Assembly (NCBI GenBank): GCA_022750115.1
Contig: JAKIWI010000004.1
Span: 97,939 to 161,938 of the forward strand
Direction: 5' to 3'
From: Thermoplasmata archaeon
Lineage (GTDB): Archaea; Thermoplasmatota; Thermoplasmata; Lutacidiplasmatales; UBA184
DNA: 64,000 nt
A program made the translations under genes and the position numbers. Within the stretch, counting starts at the first letter, position 1; each line of letters starts with the position of its first letter. Shown in pieces: positions 1 to 7,676 of the stretch. The notes under the pieces were generated by a model, which worked only from the letters and a program-made list of their open reading frames with translations, ran no database searches and was not told where the DNA came from.

Positions 1-1233
1 GGCCGGGAGGGCGAGCGAGTTCGGGACCGGATCTCCGAACTTCACTTCGCGTCCCACGAGGACGCGAGGCGAGGTGCGCTTCACGGCCCAGGCGCCGAGG
101 CGCGCCGCCTCGGCGTCGGACTCGGGTACGAGGCCGATGGAGCGCAACCCGGCGCGGTGCGCCGCTCCGGCCAGCTGGGCGAGAGCCGCGTCGTCCACGG
201 ACGGTGCGACGTGGAGGTGGAACTCGCCGAGAAGGTCCGATGGTTCGAGGAGGGCCGGGAGCCGCCCCGACCGGGCCGCCTCGATCTCCCCTTGGGCCTC
301 CCGGATCTCGGGAGGGATCCAGGGAAGGTCGAGCGACCGGTAGATGTCGGCCTCGGTCGCGCTCGGGAGCCGCTCCTCGCCGCGCATCACAGCGTACTCG
401 TTGATCTTCAGACCGCGATCGCGGGCGAGTGATCGGGTGGCGACGTTGTGGTCCTTCGACCCGGTAAAATACTGGAGCGCCGCCCCGAACGACTCCGCCG
501 CGACCACACGCAGGTCGACTTGCCAACCCTCCGAGGTCCGGATCGTCTCCTTGGTGGGTCCACGGAGCGCGACCGTCGCGCCCTCGAGCGACTCGAAAAC
601 ATCGAACACTTTCTCGGGCTCGGCCGAGGTCACGAGGATGTCGAGGTCGCCGACCGTCTCGCGGCGGCGTCGGAAACTCCCGGCGACCTCGACCTGGTCG
701 ACCGGCGCCCGCTCGCGCAGCGCGGAGACGATCCGCTCGGCCACCCGCGCCGCCTCCAGGAGCGGGCGGCGCAGCCCCGCCATGGTCGCCTGGTCGAGGG
801 CCGCGTGGATCTTGGCAATCTTGACCGGCCCGAAGCCGGTCATCCCCACGAGGCGCCCCGCGTCGATGGCCGCGCGGAGCTCGGCGGGGTTCTGGACGCC
901 GAGGTCGGTCCAGAACCGCCGCGCGGTCTTCGGCCCGACGCCGGGAATGTGGACGAGCTCGAGGACGCCGGGCGGCACCTCCGCGCGCAACTTGACGAGG
1001 TAGTCGATCGACCCGGTCCGCAGGAATTCGCGGACCTTCTCCTCGATCGCCTCGCCGACGCCCGGCACGGCGCGCAGCTGGTCGCGTTTGGCGACCTCGG
1101 CGATGTCCTCCGTGAGCGACTCGATGGAGCGCGACGCCCGCTGGTACGCCGCCGGCTTGAACCGTTCCCCGAGCAGGTCGAGGAGGTCCGCGATCTCCCG
1201 CAGCGCGCGCGCGACCTCGAGGTTCTCGCTCAC
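1..1233 (-). CDS. polX: DNA polymerase X family (Pol-beta-like nucleotidyltransferase + start of PHP domain); N-terminal 411 codons, C-terminus runs off the window start
   Basis: Manual minus-strand translation from GTG at ~1233 with no stop down to position 1: 'ALREIADLLDLLGERFKPAAYQRA' 8-kDa/HhH N-term, 'VPGVGEAIEEKV' HhH, 'GSFRRRRETVGDLDIL' nucleotidyltransferase motif, 'IPPEIRE...EFHLHVAPSVDD' PHP start. Absent from ORF track because there is no stop in the window. Confidence 0.8.
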   Translation of the reverse strand, partial: MSENLEVARALREIADLLDLLGERFKPAAYQRASRSIESLTEDIAEVAKRDQLRAVPGVGEAIEEKVREFLRTGSIDYLVKLRAEVPPGVLELVHIPGVGPKTARRFWTDLGVQNPAELRAAIDAGRLVGMTGFGPVKIAKIHAALDQATMAGLRRPLLEAARVAERIVSALRERAPVDQVEVAGSFRRRRETVGDLDILVTSAEPEKVFDVFESLEGATVALRGPTKETIRTSEGWQVDLRVVAAESFGAALQYFTGSKDHNVATRSLARDRGLKINEYAVMRGEERLPSATEADIYRSLDLPWIPPEIREAQGEIEAARSGRLPALLEPSDLLGEFHLHVAPSVDDAALAQLAGAAHRAGLRSIGLVPESDAEAARLGAWAVKRTSPRVLVGREVKFGDPVPNSLALPA

Positions 1234-1280
1234 GCGAACCCCCGAGCGCCCTGGTCCCGCATAGGCGTTGGCCCGGCGGG

Positions 1281-2057
1281 TCAGGCGACCCGCGGCGCGG
1301 CCGTCTCGAACCAGATCTTGCGCCCGATCGTCCGGAAGCCGAGGTTCTCGTAGGCGCGCCGCGCGGGGGCATTCTCCTCCCGGACGAACAGCCCCGGGAC
1401 CGCGCCGGTCCCCTCGGCGTGCCGGCACAACGCCGCCGTGACCGCCTGCGCGACCCCACGACCGCGGTAGTCGGGGCGCGTGTAGACGCCCGCGATCACC
1501 CAGGCGAACGGCAACGTCACCGAGGCGCGGGCGACCCCGATGAGTCGGTCCTTGTCGAACGCGCCCCAGACGGGTTGGGCTTCCGGGTCGCGTTGGGCGT
1601 ACTCCGCGTGCATCGGGGACTCGGGGTCCACGAGGTCGACGAGCAGGCTGCGGTCGCGTCCGGTGAGCTTGCGGACCGAGTGGCGGTCGCGCGGGAACGG
1701 GCGTTCGGTGTCCCGGACCATCATCAGCGTCGGCGACCCGACGAGCCCGGGACGAGTCGCCTCGACGAGGGGGGCGGCGGCCGGGGGGACGAGGAGGACG
1801 CACGGGGGATGCGGGAGCCAAGGCAGGAGGACCGGGTCGGTCTCGCCGACCCAGTGCGCGATCACCGCCGGAGCGTTCCCGTGCCAGAGAAGGACGTAGC
1901 CGCGGGTCTCGCCGTCGCGCACGAGCGAGACGAACCGGGTCCGGTCGGGGGCCTGGACGATGTCCCACAGGGCGTAGGCGTGCTCGACCGGCTCCGAGCG
2001 GGCGGACCGCTCGAGCCAGCGGAAGTCGACGCCCGGCACCACACCGTCGGCCGTCAT
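1281..2057 (-). CDS. GNAT family N-acetyltransferase
   Basis: C-terminal acetyl-CoA binding motifs 'IGVARASV...WVIAGVYTRPDYRGRGVAQAV...RRAYENLGF'; 258 aa. Confidence 0.75.
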   Translation of the reverse strand: MTADGVVPGVDFRWLERSARSEPVEHAYALWDIVQAPDRTRFVSLVRDGETRGYVLLWHGNAPAVIAHWVGETDPVLLPWLPHPPCVLLVPPAAAPLVEATRPGLVGSPTLMMVRDTERPFPRDRHSVRKLTGRDRSLLVDLVDPESPMHAEYAQRDPEAQPVWGAFDKDRLIGVARASVTLPFAWVIAGVYTRPDYRGRGVAQAVTAALCRHAEGTGAVPGLFVREENAPARRAYENLGFRTIGRKIWFETAAPRVA

Positions 2058-2140
2058 CGGGCGGCGACCGGGCGGGTGTACTTACCCGCGCGCCGCCGTA
2101 CGGCCGTCAACCCTATCCGCTAAGAACCGGTCGAACGCCC

Positions 2141-3019
2141 GTGGCCGCGGTCCACCGGCCGTCCCCCGAGCTTCCGGAGCACCTCCGGACGCTGTACGAT
2201 TCCTTCCCGTTCGCGCGTTCCGTCCCCGAGGACCCGGTGTCGTGCGTCGCGCCGTTCCGGGCCGACCCGAAGGCGACGGAGGTCGCTGGGATCTTTGCCT
2301 CGACGCTCGCGATCGGCAACACGACCGCCATCCGGGGGTCGTTCGCCGAACTCCTGCGGCGTTCTGGGGGCGACCTCGTGGGCGGCCTCCTCGCGAGGGC
2401 TCCCCGGGAGCGAGTCCGTCTCCTCGCCGGATTCCACCATCGATGGATCCGCGGCGACCAGATGGCGCATCTCGCCGGACGGCTCGCGACGATCTACGCT
2501 TCGGGGGAGACGCTCGAGAGCTCGTTCGCCGACGGGTGGCGGTCGGGTGGGTTCGCGCACGGGCTGGACGCCCTCGCCGTCGCCTTGCGGGGGCCGGAGA
2601 ACACGAAGGCCCCGCCGGGCTACCGTGTGCTGTTCCCCAGCCCGCTCGATGCCCCTGCGAGCCCGTGCAAGCGCCTGACCCTGTTCGTCCGCTGGATGGT
2701 CCGGAATGAGCCGCCCGACCTCGGGATCTGGCACACCGTCCCGGCCTCGGACCTTCGCATCCCCCTCGACCAGCACACCTTCTGGATCGCCTACCACGTG
2801 GGGCTCACGAGCCGCCGAACCCGCAGCTGGCGGACGGTCGAGGAGGTGACGGCGGCGCTGCGAAGCGTCGACGCCGCCGACCCGATCCGCTACGACTTCG
2901 TGTTGTGCCATACCGGGATCTCGGGAGATTGTCCGAAGGAGCGGGACATGTCGGTGTGTGGCCCGTGCGTCCTGCGGCCCGACTGTCTGCTCTGGCGCCG
3001 TCGCAGGACGGCGGGATGA
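2141..3019 (+). CDS. conserved hypothetical protein (DUF2400/TIGR02757-like) with C-terminal Cys cluster
   Basis: 292-aa protein-like ORF; 'CHTGISGDCPKERDMSVCGPCVLRPDC'; ATGA overlap with the next ORF. Confidence 0.55.
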   Translation: MAAVHRPSPELPEHLRTLYDSFPFARSVPEDPVSCVAPFRADPKATEVAGIFASTLAIGNTTAIRGSFAELLRRSGGDLVGGLLARAPRERVRLLAGFHHRWIRGDQMAHLAGRLATIYASGETLESSFADGWRSGGFAHGLDALAVALRGPENTKAPPGYRVLFPSPLDAPASPCKRLTLFVRWMVRNEPPDLGIWHTVPASDLRIPLDQHTFWIAYHVGLTSRRTRSWRTVEEVTAALRSVDAADPIRYDFVLCHTGISGDCPKERDMSVCGPCVLRPDCLLWRRRRTAG

Positions 3020-3426
3020 GCGCGGCGCCGAGCCCGCTGGGCATCGACCCCGGCCTGCTCGGCCGGTTCCGGACCGCCGGCGCCGCGATCACCTGGAAAC
3101 CCGCGGACGCGCCGAAGGGGAGCCGGGCGAAGCGCCGGAGTGCTCGAGTCGCGCACCTCAACGACGAGGAGGCCCGCGTGGAAGAGCGCCGCGAAGGCAC
3201 TGCGCAGGTCCTCACCGTCGACAGCGGCCCCGTCGGCGCGCTCGTGCTGATCCTACGGTGGGCGGACGGTGGAACACCGAGCCGGCTGCTCACCCACGAG
3301 GCCGGCGAGCTCGCCGCCTTCCCGTCGGGCGCGATCGAGGCGCGATGGGAGTCGCCGGCCGCGACTCCCCAGCTCGCACTGCGGCTCGCGGACCTGGTCG
3401 CGCTGGCCCGCTACGCCCTCGCCTGA
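3016..3426 (+). CDS. hypothetical protein (136 aa)
   Basis: ATG at 3016 overlapping the stop of the upstream gene (ATGA). Its 3' part overlaps the 3' end of the convergent HAD ORF, so one of the two ends is mis-set. Confidence 0.35.
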   Translation: MSAAPSPLGIDPGLLGRFRTAGAAITWKPADAPKGSRAKRRSARVAHLNDEEARVEERREGTAQVLTVDSGPVGALVLILRWADGGTPSRLLTHEAGELAAFPSGAIEARWESPAATPQLALRLADLVALARYALA

Positions 3427-4216
3427 GCGAGCGATCCCGCGCGGCCGAGGCCCGGCTCCAGAGCTGGTCGAACTCGTCCGCGAGCTCGGTCCAGCTGCCG
3501 ACGCTCGGGTATCGGACCTTCGGGATCGGTGCGAGAGGTTCGGTGAGCCTGAGGCGCGGCCGGCCCGTGAACCGCAGGAACGCGACGCCGGCCCGATCGG
3601 CGGCGACCAAGTCGGCCGGACTGTCGCCGATGTGCAGGAGCTCCGACGGGTGGACGCCGAGGCGTTCCGCGGCCCGGCGGATCGGGCCCGGGCTCGGCTT
3701 CGCGTCGGGACCGTCCGAAGAGATCACGACCGCGTCGAAGACTCGCCGCTCCCCGAGCCGCCGGAGCAGGGCGTGGGCTGCCTCGGGAGGTTCGTAGAGG
3801 ATGTTCGAGACCACGCCCAGACGAAGCCCCCGCCGACGGAGTCGCGCGAGTGCCGGTCGCAGGCCGGGGCTCCATCGAAGGCTCGCCGAGGCCAGTGCGA
3901 AGGCGATCGCGTGCCCGACCCGGTCCGGGGCCGGCCGAACTCCGACGAGCCGCTCGAGTTCGTCCGCCTGTTCGGCGAGCGAGACGGAGTGGCCCCTCGC
4001 CTCCCGGCGGCCCGCCCACTCCTCCATCGCTCGAACGTCCGACTCGGCCGCCCGTCGCGAGAGTCCGTGGGCGACGAGCGGGTCGATCCAGGCCGAGCGC
4101 CGGGCCCGCTCGTAGTTCCGCGGCCCGGCGCGGCTGAACGCGATGAGCGTGTGCCACAGGTCGATCGTCACGGCGCGGGGGACGAGACGCCCCCGGTCGG
4201 CCCGTTCGGGCCTCAC
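3290..4216 (-). CDS. HAD-superfamily hydrolase (phosphatase-like)
   Basis: 'VTIDLWHTL' motif I close to the N-terminus, 'VVSNIL', 'HIGDSPADLVAADRAGV' motif IV. GTG start at 4214-4216 overlaps the TGA of the upstream GT4 gene (GTGA). The listed ORF start at 4327 is read-through. Confidence 0.65.
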   Translation of the reverse strand: MRPERADRGRLVPRAVTIDLWHTLIAFSRAGPRNYERARRSAWIDPLVAHGLSRRAAESDVRAMEEWAGRREARGHSVSLAEQADELERLVGVRPAPDRVGHAIAFALASASLRWSPGLRPALARLRRRGLRLGVVSNILYEPPEAAHALLRRLGERRVFDAVVISSDGPDAKPSPGPIRRAAERLGVHPSELLHIGDSPADLVAADRAGVAFLRFTGRPRLRLTEPLAPIPKVRYPSVGSWTELADEFDQLWSRASAARDRSLRRGRSGPARPGPRAAVRAGESRPATPIAPRSRPTGRRRARRPRG

Positions 4217-5460
4217 GGCCCCGGCACCCCAAATTTCCGCCGCCGGCGGACCGGCCGCCGTTCGTAGAGCTCCACGGTGCGCTGGAAGATCTCCTTGAGG
4301 CGCGGGGCCGCGCGGTCCACGTGGCACCGGCGGGCGGTGATCGCCCCGTTCGCTCCAATCCGCTCCGCCTCGGGCGCTCGATCCAGGAGACGGGTGAGTT
4401 TCTGGGCGATGTCGGCCGTGGATCCGGGGCGCGTCAAGTAGCCGTTGACCCCGTCATCGACGAGCTCGGCCGCGCCCGCGCCGCGGCTGACGACCACGGG
4501 GACGCCATGGGTCCACGCCTCGACGATGACCAGCCCAAACCCCTCCCACGGGGCGGGGTGAACGAACGCGTCGGCGAGCCCGTACGTCGCCCGGAGCTCC
4601 TCATCCGAGAGCGCGCCCGCGAACACCACGCGCGACCCGAGCCGGTGCGCCCGGACGCGCGCCTCGAGCTTCGCCCGCCACGAGCTCGCCTTCCGTCCGC
4701 CGAGGCCGGAGGAGCTCGTCGAGAAGCTCTCGCCGCCGACGAGCACCAGCTTCGCCCTCGGGAATCGCCGCGCGACGCGCGCGAACGCGTCGATGGCGAG
4801 GTCCTGGCGCTTCACCGGGTCCATCCGGCCGACCGCGAGGACGACGGGCCCCTCGCCCAGCTTGAGGCGCTCTTGCACGCGGGAGCGCGCGGCCGCCGAT
4901 GCCGCGCGCTGCTCCCTCGGGTCGAAGTACGGGTAGACCTGGAATGCGCGGCCCTGGAAGCCCGCCTGGATCAGGTCCTCCAGCCCGGCCCGCGTGCTGA
5001 CGACGATCCCGTCGAACCCCTCCATCGCCTTCAGGAAAAACCGGCGGACCGGCTCCGGGTAGCCCCGGAAGTCGAGCGGGATGTGCCACCGGAGCAACGC
5101 GGGGGCGGCTGAGCCGATCAGGCCGCCGACGAGGACCTGCTGGAAATCGTTCACGTAGAGGAGGTCGTGGTCCGCGACGTGCGGCAGGAGCGCGAGCGCC
5201 GCGCGCGAGGAGTAGTGGACGAACCCGGGGTAGTCGGCGAGCGACGGCCGGAACCCCCGCGGGCCGTGGAACGAGCGCCAGATCGCCTCCTTGAACCGGG
5301 CGTAGCGGACCCGGGTATCGTCGGGGAGCTGGAACGTCTCGAGTGTGTAGCCCTCGTTCGTCCGCACCATCGGGGGCAGCTCTCCGCCTCCGAGAGCGAC
5401 CCACGTCGTCTCGCCGGTCAACCCGGCGGCGGGGCCGGAGTGGATCAGCGCCCGCATCAT
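4213..5460 (-). CDS. GT4-family (GT-B fold) retaining glycosyltransferase, TreT / sucrose-phosphate-synthase-like
   Basis: 'DLLYVNDFQ', 'AKLVLVGG', 'EGFGLVIVEAWTHGVPVVVSRGAGAAELVDDGVNGYL' GT4 C-terminal signature. Start placed at ATG-ATG (5460); an in-frame GTG at ~5589 preceded by GAGG is an alternative. The first ~190 aa of the listed 610-aa ORF are low-complexity read-through. Confidence 0.75.
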   Translation of the reverse strand: MMRALIHSGPAAGLTGETTWVALGGGELPPMVRTNEGYTLETFQLPDDTRVRYARFKEAIWRSFHGPRGFRPSLADYPGFVHYSSRAALALLPHVADHDLLYVNDFQQVLVGGLIGSAAPALLRWHIPLDFRGYPEPVRRFFLKAMEGFDGIVVSTRAGLEDLIQAGFQGRAFQVYPYFDPREQRAASAAARSRVQERLKLGEGPVVLAVGRMDPVKRQDLAIDAFARVARRFPRAKLVLVGGESFSTSSSGLGGRKASSWRAKLEARVRAHRLGSRVVFAGALSDEELRATYGLADAFVHPAPWEGFGLVIVEAWTHGVPVVVSRGAGAAELVDDGVNGYLTRPGSTADIAQKLTRLLDRAPEAERIGANGAITARRCHVDRAAPRLKEIFQRTVELYERRPVRRRRKFGVPGP

Positions 5461-5701
5461 CGGGACCACGCCGCCGAGGTTCGGCTCGTACTCCTCGTGG
5501 AGGCGCCAGACCGCGCGGTTGCGGTCGGCCGCGTCGCCGACCGGCCGGATCGGCGGCGTCTGGGTGTTGAGACACAGGCGAATCCTCACGTTTCCTCTTC
5601 CCCCCACCGGGACGGGCGGGGCCAGCCGTCGACGAGCCCGCCGTGATTCCGACGGGCGATGCCGGCGACCAGAACCACGAACCCGTGCCAGTCGAAAACC
5701 G

Positions 5702-7669
5702 TTACGTCCGGGCGACGGACGACGCCCCGACGAGGTCGGTGATGCCGGGGAGGTACGGGGCCGACAACGCGACCTCGGCGCGGCGGGCCGGGGTGGCCAT
5801 CGCGAGCCCGAGGGCGAGCGCGGCCCGCAGCACCCCGACGTGGGTGAACGCCTGGGGGAAGTTGCCGAGCGGCCGTTGCTGCTCGGGGTCCCACTCCTCT
5901 GCGAAGAGACCGAGCGGGCTCGCGGTCCGGAGCAGCGCCTCGAACCCCTCGCGGGCCTTCCGGACGGACCCGGCCCTCGCCTGGCACTCGACGAGCCAGA
6001 GTCCGCACGGCAGAAACGACCCCTCGCGGCCCCCGACTCCGTCATGGACCTTGTACCGCCAGACGAACGGGCCCCTCGCGAGCTCGCGCTCGATGCGGGC
6101 GACCGTCGAGAGGACTCGGGGATCGTCGAACGGGAGGAAGCCGACGATCGGGATTCGGAGGTTCGCCGCGTCGATCGCCGTTTCGCCGAAGGCGCGCACG
6201 AACGAGGCGGACTTGGCGTCCCAGCCGCGCGTGACGATCGCCTCGCGGATGGTCTCCGCGGTCGTGCGCCACCGCCGGGTCCGACGGTCGCCCCCGAACC
6301 GGTCGGCGATTCGGACCGCGCGGTCGAGCGCGACCCACGCCATCAGCTTCGAGTGGACGAAGTGGCGCGCCGGCCCCCGGACCTCCCAGATCCCCTGGTC
6401 GGGGGTCATCCAGCGCCGGGCGACGTCGTCGGCCACATCGAGCAGGGCTCGGAGCGTCGGTCGCGACACGGCGGTCGGGTCAATCTCGGCGAGTAGGTTC
6501 GCCGCATCGAGCAGTTCGCCATAGATGTCGAGTTGGAACTGGTCGTTCGCGGCGTTCCCGACTCGAACGGGCCGAGAGCGGAGGAATCCGGCGAGGTGGG
6601 GGAGCGTACGCTCGGTGAGCTCGGGTTCCCCGTGCGACCCGTACAGCACCCGGAGTTCCCTTCGGCGTCCCTTGCGGGCCGGGCCGAGGCGCTCGAGGAC
6701 CCAGCCGAGGAACGCGCGCGCTTCGGCCACGTGCCCCAGCAGCAGGAGCTCCTGGGCGACGAACGCGGAGTCGCGGATCCAGACGTACCGGTAGTCCCAG
6801 TTCCGGCGCCCGCCCGGCCACTCGGGAAGCGACGTCGTTGGGGCGGCGACGAACGCCCCGGTCGTGACGTGGGAGAGGAGCTTCAGGACCAGCTCCGAGC
6901 GCTCGACCGCGGCGTGCCAACGGTTCGCCAACCGGTGCAGCGGAGCGCCCGGGCCGTGGGTCCAACCGGTCCAGAACCGTTCGGTCTCGGTGAGCAGCGC
7001 CCGGACCCCGGCGCCTCGTCGGGGAGCCGCCCCCCAGGAGAGGTCGAAGGCGATCGTGGCGTCCGCCGGAAGGGAGAGGCGGGCCGTCGCCACGCCGCCG
7101 TCGAGGGCGAACACCGCCGGGCCCCGCAGCGCGAGCGCGGTCTCGCCCGAGGCCGCGGTCACGCCACCAGGGCCGAGCGCGAGCTCGGCGGCCTGGCGGC
7201 CGTAGTCGAACCGCGGCTCGAACCAGAGGTCGAGCTCGGCCGGGCCTCCCTCGGCCGTCACGAGCCGGACGATCCGTGCGGCCTCCTCGTCGCTCGCCCC
7301 CTCCGCGATCGGCATGAAGTCGACGACCGTCACGACCGCGTCAGCGCCCGGCGGATGGAACACCGTCTCCAAAATGTTCGTCGCGGGGCGGTACCGTTGG
7401 ACGCCGTCCGGGGTTTCCATCGGCCGCAGGACGAACGTCCCGCCCCGCCGGTCGTCGAGGAGGCGCGCAAAGACGCTCGGGTCGGAGAACCTCGGGAGGC
7501 ATGCCCAGTCGATCGCGCCGCACCGGTGGACGAGCGCGGCGGTCCGGAGGTTCCCGATCACCCCGTAGTCGTGGGTGGTCGTCGGGACGGGAATGGGCGG
7601 GCGACGCGCGCGACCCCCGCCGCGCGGCCGGGGGGCGGAACCCCTCGGCGCGCGGGAGGGTCGGGCCAT
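5702..7669 (-). CDS. glycoside hydrolase family 15 (glucoamylase/trehalase-like)
   Basis: 'HDYGVIGN' N-terminal motif, 'RYVWIRDSAF', 655 aa; ATG at 7669 lies 8 nt after the nrdJ stop. Confidence 0.8.
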   Translation of the reverse strand: MARPSRAPRGSAPRPRGGGRARRPPIPVPTTTHDYGVIGNLRTAALVHRCGAIDWACLPRFSDPSVFARLLDDRRGGTFVLRPMETPDGVQRYRPATNILETVFHPPGADAVVTVVDFMPIAEGASDEEAARIVRLVTAEGGPAELDLWFEPRFDYGRQAAELALGPGGVTAASGETALALRGPAVFALDGGVATARLSLPADATIAFDLSWGAAPRRGAGVRALLTETERFWTGWTHGPGAPLHRLANRWHAAVERSELVLKLLSHVTTGAFVAAPTTSLPEWPGGRRNWDYRYVWIRDSAFVAQELLLLGHVAEARAFLGWVLERLGPARKGRRRELRVLYGSHGEPELTERTLPHLAGFLRSRPVRVGNAANDQFQLDIYGELLDAANLLAEIDPTAVSRPTLRALLDVADDVARRWMTPDQGIWEVRGPARHFVHSKLMAWVALDRAVRIADRFGGDRRTRRWRTTAETIREAIVTRGWDAKSASFVRAFGETAIDAANLRIPIVGFLPFDDPRVLSTVARIERELARGPFVWRYKVHDGVGGREGSFLPCGLWLVECQARAGSVRKAREGFEALLRTASPLGLFAEEWDPEQQRPLGNFPQAFTHVGVLRAALALGLAMATPARRAEVALSAPYLPGITDLVGASSVART

Positions 7670-7676
7670 CCGGGGA

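Noticed and set aside
3290-4327. Longer HAD ORF starting at 4327
   Set aside because: Would overlap the upstream GT4 gene by 115 nt in another frame; the GTG at 4216 with GTGA coupling and motif I at residue ~8 fits HAD architecture.
4213-6045. N-terminal 190 aa of the listed 610-aa GT4 ORF
   Set aside because: Ser/Arg/Gly/Pro-rich read-through overlapping the GH15 3' end; GT4 homology starts near the MM at 5460 (or GTG 5589).
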